Shown here: positions 39,562-49,225 of the stretch, piece after piece
Layout: each line of letters opens with the position of its first letter
Position numbering within the stretch: the first letter of the stretch is position 1
Assembly (NCBI GenBank): GCA_965223905.1
Contig: CBDCXV010000001.1
Coordinates: 1,600,001-1,664,000 of the forward strand
Direction of reading: 5' to 3'
Length of the DNA stretch: 64,000 bases
Source of the DNA: Candidatus Latescibacterota bacterium
GTDB taxonomy: Bacteria > Latescibacterota > UBA2968 > UBA8231
The notes under the pieces: model-generated
Told to the model about the DNA's origin: nothing
Databases searched by the model: none
Seen by the model: only the letters and a program-made list of their open reading frames with translations
Position numbers and translations under genes: made by a program

Positions 39562-42015
39562 TCGGTAACCCAGTCAGCGAACACCCGGGACCAGGCGCCC
39601 ATCGGCTGCGGCGGAGGAAAGGATCGCGTGTCTTCGGGGTTGTCGGGATAATACCATTTCAGAGAACCGCCTCCCATCACGCTCCAGTATCCGATCCCCG
39701 CGCTCTGCTGTCTCAAATCGGCGTTATACAACTTGGTAAACACGTCGGTGGCCAGAGGAAGAGGATCGCCTTCCGTGTGATGAGCAATCCAGGCATTCCG
39801 TCTCTGCTTTATGAGATGATTGAAGCCGCTGCGGTCATACAGCTCTGGAAGTCCCATGAAATGCCCGTACTCATGCGCCATGATGGCAACCATTTCAGGG
39901 AACGTCTCCCCCTTTAGAACCATCATATCCTTGGATACTTTCTTCGTGGAACCGGCCGGCAAAAAGCTGAATGTGTCGGCAATGCCTCCCAGCCGACACT
40001 TATTGAATTTTTCAGGAACAACGACGGCAAGCGCATCGTAATCCTCGCAGTCAATAGCGACATCGGCGTAGGCAGTAGGGGCGGCTTCCAGAACTTCGGT
40101 TCCAAATGTCTTGTAATTCCAAGACGCACATCCGTACTTGGCATCATTGCAGAATCAAACTTGCTGCGATACCATTTGGTCACGATGGTCCTGTTCGCAC
40201 CTTGAACCGTGAGAGTCTCGCGTGACATCTCCTTCATGTAATGGGAAAAACTGCCGCTCACGGACACATCCAACAGATCAAGCGCCGACCGGTCCGTGTT
40301 TCCGCTTCTTCCTTCAAAATGATCGCTTTCCAGATCATATGGAGCCGTAGTTATATCGGAAAAGGTGGCAAACAGAACCAGCATCTTGATCGTGCCGTCG
40401 TGGAAATGTTCCTCTTCCGGGGTGAATTCCGCAAAGGAGCTTGCCGAGCCGCCCGACGATCTTGTCGCGCCGGAATCGTCTCCGGTAAGCCCGTACCCGC
40501 AGAAAATTTCCTGACCCCATGCAGCACCGGTCCACAAAATAACCGCCAACAACAGGGTCTATCCGGGTTTTTCAACGCCGAAACCTGAGTACATGACAAG
40601 GCCATAGGTCGTTCCCTATGCTTGGTGTATCCCCATCAAGCACTCCCCAGGAAAGGGAAGGGAAGGCGACCTATGACCGCTATGAAGTTCGTCTCCAAGC
40701 TGTTCAAGTTCAAGGGGTTTGGCGCTGTCGACGTGTGCTTCGAAGGACGCGGGGAGGAAGCGGCCGTTGTGGTTGCGGTACAGCCCCACAAGAAGGGGTG
40801 CCGCTGTCCCCAGTGTGGGCGCCGGAGCAAGATCGTACGGGTCATGGAGCCCCGCCGCTGGCGCGACGTCCGCATTTGCGGCCGTACCGTCTGGTTGTAC
40901 CACCGCCCTCGAGAGATTCGCTGTCCGACCCACGGCCGGCACGTCGAGGAGGTGCCCTGGGCGGCGCCCTCGGCCCGGGTCAGCTACCGCTTCGAATACC
41001 TGCTGCTGACCTACTGCCAGTGGATGCCGCAGGTGGTCGCCGCGCGCTTGCTGGGCCTGGCTCCTTCGACCCTGTCCGACCAGTTGCATCGGCTCATCGC
41101 GCGCCGACGTACAGGCCATCGCATCCGCGGGCTGAGGACCCTCGGCATCGACGAGGTCTCCTACGCCAAGGGCCATAAATACGCCACCCTGGTCTATGAC
41201 CTGGAACGTTCCTGTGTCGTCTGGGTCGGCCAGGGCAAGGCGAGGGAAACGATCGATACGTTCTTCCGGGACCATCTCAGCGCCTTCCAGAAGGACCGCA
41301 TCCGCTGGGCCTGCTGCGACCTGAGCGAGACCTTCATCGGCGCCATCCGGCAGCATGGTCCCAACGCCGAGTTGGTCCTGGACCGATTCCACGTCGTCAA
41401 GGCCCTCAACGAAGCCGTCGACGAGGTGCGCAAGGAGCAGTGGCGGCAAGCCTGCGGCGAGGACCGCAAGCTGCTCAAGGGCCTGCGCTGGGTGCTGCTG
41501 CATCACTCCGCCCAGCGCTCGCGAAAGGACCGGCGCACGCTCCAAACCCTGGAGAAGGCCAACCGCCGCATCTACCGCGCCTGGCGCCTGAAGGACGAGT
41601 TCGAGCACTTCTGGCGCTACAAGGCGCGCTGGGCCGCCGAACGCTTCCTCAAGAAGTGGACGACGGCGGCCCTGCGCAGCCGCCTGCAGCCCCTGCGCAA
41701 GTTCGTCAACACGGTGCGCAAGCAGGCGGCCGGCATCACCGCCTTCGTCGACACGCACCTGACCAACGCCGCCGCCGAAGGGCTCAATCGCATTATCCGC
41801 ATGGTCAAGAATCGAGCCAGTGGATTTAAAACTCTGGATGCCTTTGCCGACCTGATTTACCTGTGCGTCGGAGACCTCGATATCCCTGCGCAGATTCCGG
41901 CCCGATTCCGTACAGTATGAAACCCTCAATATCTCTCTCTGTAAACGCTATAAATTGTCCTTTGAAGAATCCGGATATAGCCCAACAACAGATACACTGC
42001 CATCATGAATACCAT
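39562..42015 (-). pseudogene. Immune inhibitor A / M6-family metalloprotease, split by ISL3 in its signal peptide and truncated by IS701
   Basis: MVFMMAVYLL|LAVILWTGAAWG rejoined across ISL3; MLVLFATFSD, AHEYGHFMGLPELYD, GYWSVMGGGS, MGAWSR. Confidence 0.8.
40555..41982 (+). mobile_element. ISL3-family IS, intact transposase (40622..41920), 8-bp TSD CAACAACA
   Basis: Inverted repeats match 17/21; TSD at 40547-40554 and 41983-41990. Confidence 0.95.
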
Positions 42016-42029
42016 CCTTTTCCAAGTTG

Positions 42030-42899
42030 TCATTTTGAAAGAAAAGTCTGCTTGATGCGCCCCCATGAATCTGCCGAAATCACAGAGCCATACAGAGATT
42101 CCCAATCGTCAGCACAGCACCAATAGGGATGAAGGAGAGCATCGTCAGGCTCTTGAAGTTGGAAATGCGAGGTTATGTTGAATCCTCTACTTTCTGTCCG
42201 ATCGTACTGATCGAGGTCATACATCGTCCAGGACAAGCCAATGATCATACCCGGTTCTAGGTCCTTGACGACAGAGGCTGACCCATCTTCCTCGGAAAAA
42301 GGATCAAATAGCGTCCAGGCCGATTCGATAAACATCCAATGCTCCGGGCGGGTTTTTTCCGGAATGTCGTCAAAACAGAATCTGCAGGGAGGACCGTCCA
42401 TATAGGAAAAGGCGAATGATACATACTCTGTACTCTCATACCACGCAGGTTCGCGGCCGCGAAGGTCAAAGCTCAGTGAGAAATCATGGGTGGTCGGCTC
42501 GTAGCCCATAGACAGGCTGTATCCAGGCATGAAGGTGCCGGAATGGTCAGCGTCAAAATGGAGAACGAACGGATTGGGATCGCTCCACTGGTCGTCGTAT
42601 CGCCATTCCTGTATATACAACTGGCCGGGCTCGCCCCATCCAACCAGAATTTGAGAATACAGGGAATGGGGGTCCGGAGCCTCGTTCTCTTGCGTCCTAC
42701 TCCACTTCGATGAAATCATGTAAGGCCAGAAGCCGGCAAATGTGCTTTCATCCTGCAACGGGAGATCGGGTATGCCATCGATGACAGGCTGAAGCTCTTC
42801 CGGCCACCACCAGAAGACAGGGTAGATTGTCTCTTCGGGCTCGTGAGCTTCCACGCCGTTTAATGACAGAACTATTGCTGATACCAATAAGCGAATCAT
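42030..42899 (-). CDS. Secreted CBM9/DOMON-like protein with SWGRIK C-terminal tail
   Basis: Signal peptide MIRLLVSAIVLSLNGVEA; IYPV..PVIDG, VGW....LYI, FDADHSG, LEPGMIIGL; ends ADSWGRIKQTFLSK. Confidence 0.65.
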   Translation of the reverse strand: MIRLLVSAIVLSLNGVEAHEPEETIYPVFWWWPEELQPVIDGIPDLPLQDESTFAGFWPYMISSKWSRTQENEAPDPHSLYSQILVGWGEPGQLYIQEWRYDDQWSDPNPFVLHFDADHSGTFMPGYSLSMGYEPTTHDFSLSFDLRGREPAWYESTEYVSFAFSYMDGPPCRFCFDDIPEKTRPEHWMFIESAWTLFDPFSEEDGSASVVKDLEPGMIIGLSWTMYDLDQYDRTESRGFNITSHFQLQEPDDALLHPYWCCADDWESLYGSVISADSWGRIKQTFLSK

Positions 42900-43055
42900 G
42901 AATCTTCTCCTGTGCGCCCGATCACACCGGCGAGGTGTTAGAGGTGACAGTCCTCTGTGTTGAAGGTGTAGCGAACCACGACAGCCCCGAGTCATGCGTG
43001 TGCGCCGGCAACGGCGCAGGCGAAGCGTTGGCAGGGGGAGGCGTAGGTCTGTAAA

Positions 43056-44605
43056 CCCTAACGTTGCATAAATCTGTTTGAAGGCGGTGGTTGTGATCAG
43101 GCGGCTTCCTTCAGGATTTCGAGGAAATGCAACAGATCTTTTTCAACTTTTGGATTGGAGTTCAGGGTCAGGGTCAACTCGCCCTTGGGCTGAGTGAGGC
43201 GCCCGGCGCGTTGAATGAAGCGATGACGCAGCGTGTCCAAGGTTTGGAAGGTCCACGCCGCCGGACGTTTGCCACGCGAATAGTTCGATCGCGGCTGCGC
43301 CAGCATCTGCATTTCGCGTCCCAGATTGTGGGCCATCATCGCACACAAAGTAACCATCTGGTTGCCGAGCAACCGTCGGGTGGGGATCAGATCCAGCCCG
43401 GCCTGTTGCTTGGCCTCGGCGAAGATCCCTTCCTGGGCGCCGCGGCCATAGTGGAAGAGGAGCACGCTGCGTGGCGAGTTCATCTTGTTGGTAACCACAA
43501 CGCGGTACTCGTGATCGATGTGCCGGGGTTCGAACAGATCCAGTTGCAGCGCTTGCTTGGTCTGACGCGGCACCGCACGGCGCACAAACAGAAACCGGTA
43601 GCAGGCCGGCCAGCTTTCCGGTTTCCAGTCACTCTCGAAATAGGAGCAGTGCTCATCGAGGTAGCGCCAGCGCTGGCGCGCTTCGATCTGGTCCTTGAGT
43701 ACGGGAAAGCGTTCGAAAGGGACACTGATCGTGCATCCGACGCCATACAGGTCCATGAGAGTGAGCGTGTTTTGGCTGAAGAAGGCGCTGTCCAGTCGCG
43801 ACTCGAGCACGGTGGGCGCCAAGGCGTCGCGCACGCGATCGAAGGCGTCCATCATGAACGCATGGGCGTCCTTGCTGTCATGGACGTTGCCGGGCCGGTG
43901 AAGGACATCCAGAAACTGTCCGGTTTGCGCCACCGTGCAGAACAGGTTGTAGTAGCTGCGCGCCCCCTTCTTTTTCGGATTATAGCCAACGGCGGTCCCT
44001 TCGGCATGACCACAGGTGGAGATCACCGAGCCGTCGAAGTCGAGAGTCAGACGGGGGAAGCGCTCACGCTGGAGCGCTTGCATGACCAGGGTCGAAGACA
44101 GGTGTCGCACTTTTGCGATACTTGAATGGCCCATTTTTGCCAGCGCGCGACTGAGGGTGGCCACATCCGGCAGGCGACGTAAGCCCAACAAACGCAGGAC
44201 CACCGGATCGTCCCGGTAATAGTCCACGTCCCGCAGCCGCCGGAAGCCCAGCAACAGATGCACGATGAGCAACAACACAATGACATGGGGAGCAAAGGTC
44301 GCTGCGCTTTTGGCGGGGAAGCAGGACTTCAGTCGAGTCTTTAGATGCAAGCGCCGAAAGAGCAGTTGAAAAACGATCACTCCCGCAAAGGAAGTAAGCC
44401 GTTGATCTTCGAAGCGAAGACGCGGGAGCTTGTGAAAACGGGCCAAAATGTCTTGTTTTCTGAACCTCACTTGCGGTGTCCTCCTGGAAGGGGTCGATAC
44501 AGGTCATGGGTGACAGTATCAAATACCCCCTTTTTCAGAGGGCGCCGCAAGTGACAAGGTGCACTCCGGAGAAGAAAAAAGCCCTGTTTTTATGCAACCA
44601 GAGGG
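43056..44605 (-). mobile_element. IS1380-family IS, transposase 43097..44470
   Basis: LTSFAG, TLDFDGS, GYNPKK, RPGNVH, RLDSAF, YGRGAQE; inverted repeats CCCTAACGTTGCATAAA / CCCTCTGGTTGCATAAA. Confidence 0.92.
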
Positions 44606-44905
44606 TAGAGCCCTTCTCGCCGTCGAGGACAACCAGTAGTCCGGCTTCGTACTGCAACCCCCGCTCGACCAACTCGGACAGAAACCGGCGGCAGACCCGC
44701 TCGTTCTCGGTGGCCGCCTGCACGAAGCCCAGAGGAATCTTTCTGTCCGTCCAGGGTGACGCCCAGAGGAGCGATGAGGATCTCCTCGCCTGTCTGCTTC
44801 AGGCAGGTCGGCGAAGCTCTTGCCGTCGAGGAACAGCGCCACCAGGTCGTATACTTCCAGGGATCGCTCCTGGAATTCGCCAGCTTTCAGAGCCGTGCCT
44901 TTCAC
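44606..44905 (-). mobile_element. IS256 transposase remnant, proximal half
   Basis: FQERSL..YDLVALFLDGKSFA; ATENERVC..FL..LVERGL....LLVVLDGEKG. Confidence 0.8.
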
Positions 44906-44941
44906 GTAGCGAGTCCTGTTCGTTCAGGAGGTTTACTTGAA

Positions 44942-45858
44942 ATGATACCAATATCGGTCGGGATCCGTGCTGCTTCCCCCTTGCTGTGCTCGCCACACTG
45001 CAGCCAGCTCAGAGCCATGTTGGGGATCGCGTCTATCCCATTTACGAGTTGACCGAGGAGATGGTCGCACAGATCGATGTCAAGGACGGGTTGCTGGATG
45101 AGTGGACGGAAAGAGAACCCACATTGACACTATTGGATTTCGAACTGAAACCGTATGTGTCCGATATCGCATCGTTTGATCCGGCTGATCTGGATTTCAG
45201 GATCTGGCTTGGTTGGACCCGGTCGCCCAGTCGGATCTATGTTGCTGCAATAATGGCAGATGATGTCTACGTAAACGACTACGAGGGCCCTGAAAAATCG
45301 AGCTTTTCGATGCTCGCCAACGACTCGATGGCGCTGTTGATCGATGCTGACCACAGCGGTGGATCTTCTAGGCCCAACAACCAGCCGGGAGCTGACGCTG
45401 AGAGAATTTTTGAAGCTTCAAACGCGCAATGGTACGACGCTTTGTCTGAAGCACCTGGGGATGGGAACCTTGAAATACGTGCCATCGACAAGCGCGGTTG
45501 GCCGGTTCGTCCACCGTTTGGAGACGGCGGAGGGGGTGTGCAAAGCGAGAATCCTGTATTCTGGGTGACGGAATTTTACGTGACTCCGTTCGCGCACTTC
45601 GACTATGAAGACCAACAAGCAAGTGCAAGGTACGAACTGGTTCCAGGCCGAATTGTCGGATTTCGATTGCTGGTGCAAGACCGCGATTCCGGTGACTTCC
45701 CTCCCGGGAAGTACGATTTACCGGTCTGGGATCTGGAGTTGGAGTTCACGGCGGATGGGTTCGTCGACGGGCTCTTGGTGGGCGTCGGCGATGGGATTGA
45801 CGACAGTGCCGTGCACGCGAATTCCTGGGCCCGAATCAAGGCGTCGTTGAGTCGCTGA
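44942..45858 (+). CDS. Secreted CBM9/DOMON-like protein with SWARIK tail (possible frameshift in signal peptide; open frame from 44986)
   Basis: CAGGAGG RBS before ATG 44942; VYPIYEL..IDVKDGLLDEW, WLGW....IYVA...DD, IDADHSGG; ends ANSWARIKASLSR. Confidence 0.7.
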
Positions 45859-45896
45859 AATAATGCTGCCCCCCAGCTCGGCCAAGGAGGTGTACC

Positions 45897-46045
45897 GTGG
45901 CGGTTTGCTTCGTGGTGATTCTGCTCTGCCTGTGTATGGCATCAAGGCCATCTCAGGTGTACCCGATCCCCGAAATCACAGATGAGATGATGCAGGAGCT
46001 CGACCTGGCCGACGGACACACCGAGGAATGGACGGAGTTGAACTG
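45897..46045 (+). pseudogene. Truncated N-terminus of another member of the same secreted family
   Basis: AAGGAGG RBS; signal peptide then VYPIPEITDEMMQELDLADGHTEEWTE vs VYPIYELTEEMVAQIDVKDGLLDEWTE. Confidence 0.7.
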
Positions 46046-46185
46046 TGGTGAACAGTATTTCGAAGCTCGCGTATTGAAGGGTATAGAAAAGAAATTCAAC
46101 GAACTCCACGTCCATGGAAGCAAGGCGAGCAAGGCGGTTCAAGTTCCCGTTGAACATTTCCTGGATCTGCACCAGGTCTGAAGTA

Positions 46186-46292
46186 TCCCGCCTGACCGTC
46201 GAACTCCCCCCCCCCCCCGCATGGAGATCCCCCTCGACCTAGGGACGGAGCGGTACGTCAGCGAGCCCTCATACCGCAACGGACCGTTCTAA
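46186..46292 (+). repeat. Degenerate copy of the last ~100 bp of gene 35885..37831
   Basis: LTVELP..MEIPLDLGTERYVSEPSYRNGPF* vs LTVELPPGMEIRLDLETERYVNQPSYHNGPF* (37730-37831). Confidence 0.9.
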
Positions 46293-46422
46293 CTGGAGCT
46301 TTACCCCCCTGCCACCGGGGGACGGACAAGCCGTAGCCCGCAGGTCGGCACCGGCTCGGCGGTCTCCGGCGCTTCGGGTGCTCCACCTCGTCCCGGCCGC
46401 CGCCGGGCGCGGAAGGACCCGG

Positions 46423-47409
46423 TCAGGAGCGCTGGATCATCTCGATGATCGGACCTTCGAGCCTGCTCATCGGGTGCTCGAGCGCCTCGGCCCGCATCTG
46501 CTCGAGCCGCTTCGTCGCCTCGACGTGGCCGTCGGTGAATTCCTTGACGAAGGCCCCACCCATGATGTCGTCGACGAGAAACGAGCGCGCCTTTTCGCGG
46601 ATCTCGTCGTTGAGCAGCTCCTTCGCCCTTGTCATGGTCCCGTACTGGCTGGTCGTCGAGTGGTAGCGCATCTGCTTGTAGATGCCGTAGCGCGCCATCA
46701 GCGAGAAGACCTCGGCGTTCTCGGTCGAGGCGTAGAGCACCATGATGATCTCCTCCGGGGGAAGGCCCTTGTCGACGGCGAGCTCGAAGCAGAACTCGAG
46801 CCAGGCGTGGATGCCGGCCCACACGACCTGCTCGGTGTAGAGGTTGACGTACGCCTCTCCGAGGAAGGAGGACTCGTAGATCCCCGCCCGCGTCAGCCCC
46901 ATCCCCTTGCACAAAGCCATCGCCGTCTCGCGCGCCGTGCCGGTGGCGTCCCGCTCCACCGCGAACTGCCCGACGCCGCCGCCGCCGGCCTCGAAGCGCT
47001 CGCGCACGATGTTGCCCATCATGATCGGGGCGATCATGATGGCGTCGGCCTCCGCGGGCGGCGCGATCACCTTGTAGCCGACGTTGTAGCCGCTTCCCCA
47101 GCAGAGGGTGTCCCCCGCCTCGATGCCCGGGGCTATGTGCTCGTCCCAGATGAAGGGCATCGACTCGTCGGTGGTCAGCACCAGCAGGATGTCCCCCGCC
47201 CCGGCCGCATCGAGCAGCGGCACCGGCTCCCATCCTTCCTTCCTCGCCAGCTCGCCGTACTCGTCGTCGCGGTTGCCGACGATCACCTCCATGCCGCTGT
47301 CGCGCAGGTTGAGGGCCTGCGCCCGCCCCTGGTTGCCGTAGCCGAGAACGGCAATGGTCCGCCCCTGCAGGACGTCGAGGGTCACGTCGTCGTCGTGGTA
47401 GATCTTCAT
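46423..47409 (-). CDS. ilvC: Ketol-acid reductoisomerase family (divergent IlvC)
   Basis: IAVLGYGNQGRAQALNLRDSG, LYTEQ, HSTTSQYG. Confidence 0.75.
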   Translation of the reverse strand: MKIYHDDDVTLDVLQGRTIAVLGYGNQGRAQALNLRDSGMEVIVGNRDDEYGELARKEGWEPVPLLDAAGAGDILLVLTTDESMPFIWDEHIAPGIEAGDTLCWGSGYNVGYKVIAPPAEADAIMIAPIMMGNIVRERFEAGGGGVGQFAVERDATGTARETAMALCKGMGLTRAGIYESSFLGEAYVNLYTEQVVWAGIHAWLEFCFELAVDKGLPPEEIIMVLYASTENAEVFSLMARYGIYKQMRYHSTTSQYGTMTRAKELLNDEIREKARSFLVDDIMGGAFVKEFTDGHVEATKRLEQMRAEALEHPMSRLEGPIIEMIQRS

Positions 47410-47519
47410 GATCGCTCTTCTCCCGGGTTTTCAGTCGCGTTAGCTTTGCCAACGGACCAGGTTTTCCGCTTACGCAAGCGATACCGCGCGGCGCGGGCAA
47501 GCCGCCCAGGAGGCACGGG

Positions 47520-48329
47520 ATGATTACCAGTCTGACCCCATCGCAGATCGACGCATACGAAGAGGACGGGTATCTCCTGCTCCCCGGTTTCCTCGACGAT
47601 GGGGAGCTCGAGCGCTGGCGCCGGGCCGTCGACGACGGCGTCGCCCGTCTCGTCGGCAACGCCGACCCCGGGATCAAGCTCTTCGACAACCAGAACCGCG
47701 ACGACTACTACAGGGACGTCTTCGTCCAGTGCGTCAACATGTGGAAGGGGAGCGGGCAGGTGCGCGAGCTCGTCCTCGACGAACGGCTGGGCAGGCTCGC
47801 GGCCGAGCTCGTCAGCGCCTCCGGCATGCGCCTGTATCACGACCACGCGCTGATAAAGAAGCCGTGGGCCAACCCGACCAACTGGCACCTCGACAACCCG
47901 TCCGACCCCTACTTCTCGCACCAGTCGACGATGCTGTGGATCGCCCTCGACGCCGCCGCCCTTCAGAACGGCTGCCTCTACTTCCTTCCCGGCTCCCACA
48001 AGTCGAGCCGTTTCGAAAGGGTGCCGGCGCTCAGCGAGACGCGGATCGACGCCCTCTTCGAGCATTACCCGGAATGGCGCGGCATCGAGCCGGTCGCGGT
48101 CGAGGCCAGGGCCGGGGACGCGGTCTTCATCAGCGGCCTGATCGCCCACGCCGCGGGCCCCAACATGAGCCGCCGGCCGCGGCGGGCTTTCGCCATCCTC
48201 TTCATGCAGGAAGGAGCGACCTTCAGCGGGCGGCAGAGCGCCCTTCCCGACGCCGTCTTCTCCCGCCTCGAGATCGGCGACGTCATCGCCGACGACGAGC
48301 ACCTGCCGCTGCTCTGGTCCCGGAGCTGA
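47520..48329 (+). CDS. PhyH-family dioxygenase
   Basis: YEEDGY, WHLD, NGCLYFLPGSH, AHAAGPN. Confidence 0.9.
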   Translation: MITSLTPSQIDAYEEDGYLLLPGFLDDGELERWRRAVDDGVARLVGNADPGIKLFDNQNRDDYYRDVFVQCVNMWKGSGQVRELVLDERLGRLAAELVSASGMRLYHDHALIKKPWANPTNWHLDNPSDPYFSHQSTMLWIALDAAALQNGCLYFLPGSHKSSRFERVPALSETRIDALFEHYPEWRGIEPVAVEARAGDAVFISGLIAHAAGPNMSRRPRRAFAILFMQEGATFSGRQSALPDAVFSRLEIGDVIADDEHLPLLWSRS

Positions 48330-48333
48330 AGCG

Positions 48334-49101
48334 ATGCGCCGAAACCAGGTTCTCGAGAAGCTGCGGGCGGACCGGCCGGTCCTGGGGGCGATGCTCGGAC
48401 TGGGATCACCCAACGTCGCCGAGCTGATGGCGATGGCCGGGTACGATTTCCTCATCATCGAGACCGAGCACAACGGCCTCGACAGCGCCCAGGTCGAGCA
48501 CATGCTGATGGCCATCGGCCGGGAGGCGGTCCCGATCGTGCGCGTGCCGAGCGCCGACCCGGTGTTCATCCAGCGGTCGCTCGACATCGGCGGCATGGGC
48601 ATCCTCGTGCCGATGGTGCGCACCGCGGAGGAGGCCGCCGCCATCGTCGCCGCCACCCGCTACCCGCCGGAAGGCACGCGCGGGTTCGGCCCATTGCGCG
48701 CCTCGCGGTACACCTTCGACTACGACGACTACTACACCAGCGCCGGCGACAACCTGCTGGTGTCCCTGATCGTCGAAACCAGGGAGGCGCTGGATAATCT
48801 CGACGAGATAGCGTCGGTCCCCGGGGTCGACGCCCTCTTCTTCGGCCTCTTCGATCTCTGCCTGTCGCTGGGGCTCAACCCGATGCAGCAGCCGTTCCCC
48901 GAGCTCGAGGAGGCGATGGAAGCCGCGGCCGCGATCGGCAGGGAGCGGGGCGTGGCGATCGGCGTCGGGGTCCCCTCGCCCGAGGAGCTGCGGCGCCGCA
49001 ACGACATGGGCTTCAGGTTTCACGTGTACGGCACCGACTACATGCTGCTCGGGGCCGCGGCCAGGGCTGGGGTGGAAGCCTTCCGCAGCCTGGAGGGGTA
49101 G
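48334..49101 (+). CDS. HpcH/HpaI aldolase family protein
   Basis: GYDFLIIETEH, LDIGGMGILVPMV, YPPEGTRG, VETREAL, PGVDALFFGLFDL. Confidence 0.9.
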   Translation: MRRNQVLEKLRADRPVLGAMLGLGSPNVAELMAMAGYDFLIIETEHNGLDSAQVEHMLMAIGREAVPIVRVPSADPVFIQRSLDIGGMGILVPMVRTAEEAAAIVAATRYPPEGTRGFGPLRASRYTFDYDDYYTSAGDNLLVSLIVETREALDNLDEIASVPGVDALFFGLFDLCLSLGLNPMQQPFPELEEAMEAAAAIGRERGVAIGVGVPSPEELRRRNDMGFRFHVYGTDYMLLGAAARAGVEAFRSLEG

Positions 49102-49225
49102 CGGTTTTCAGCGCCGGCAGGTGCAAGTGGTGAGGGGAGATGCGAGCCTTCGGGTATTCCTCCTGAACGGTGTCAGAATGCGATGGCTCGGATTGAGCAC
49201 CATAGTGGACGATCAATCTCGATTA

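Noticed and set aside
13535-41982. Inversion or composite transposon between the two ISL3 copies
   Set aside because: Each copy is flanked by its own matching 8-bp TSD, so they are independent insertions
46205-46218. Poly-C tract as a phase-variation switch
   Set aside because: It lies in a non-coding degenerate tail copy and may be a homopolymer error
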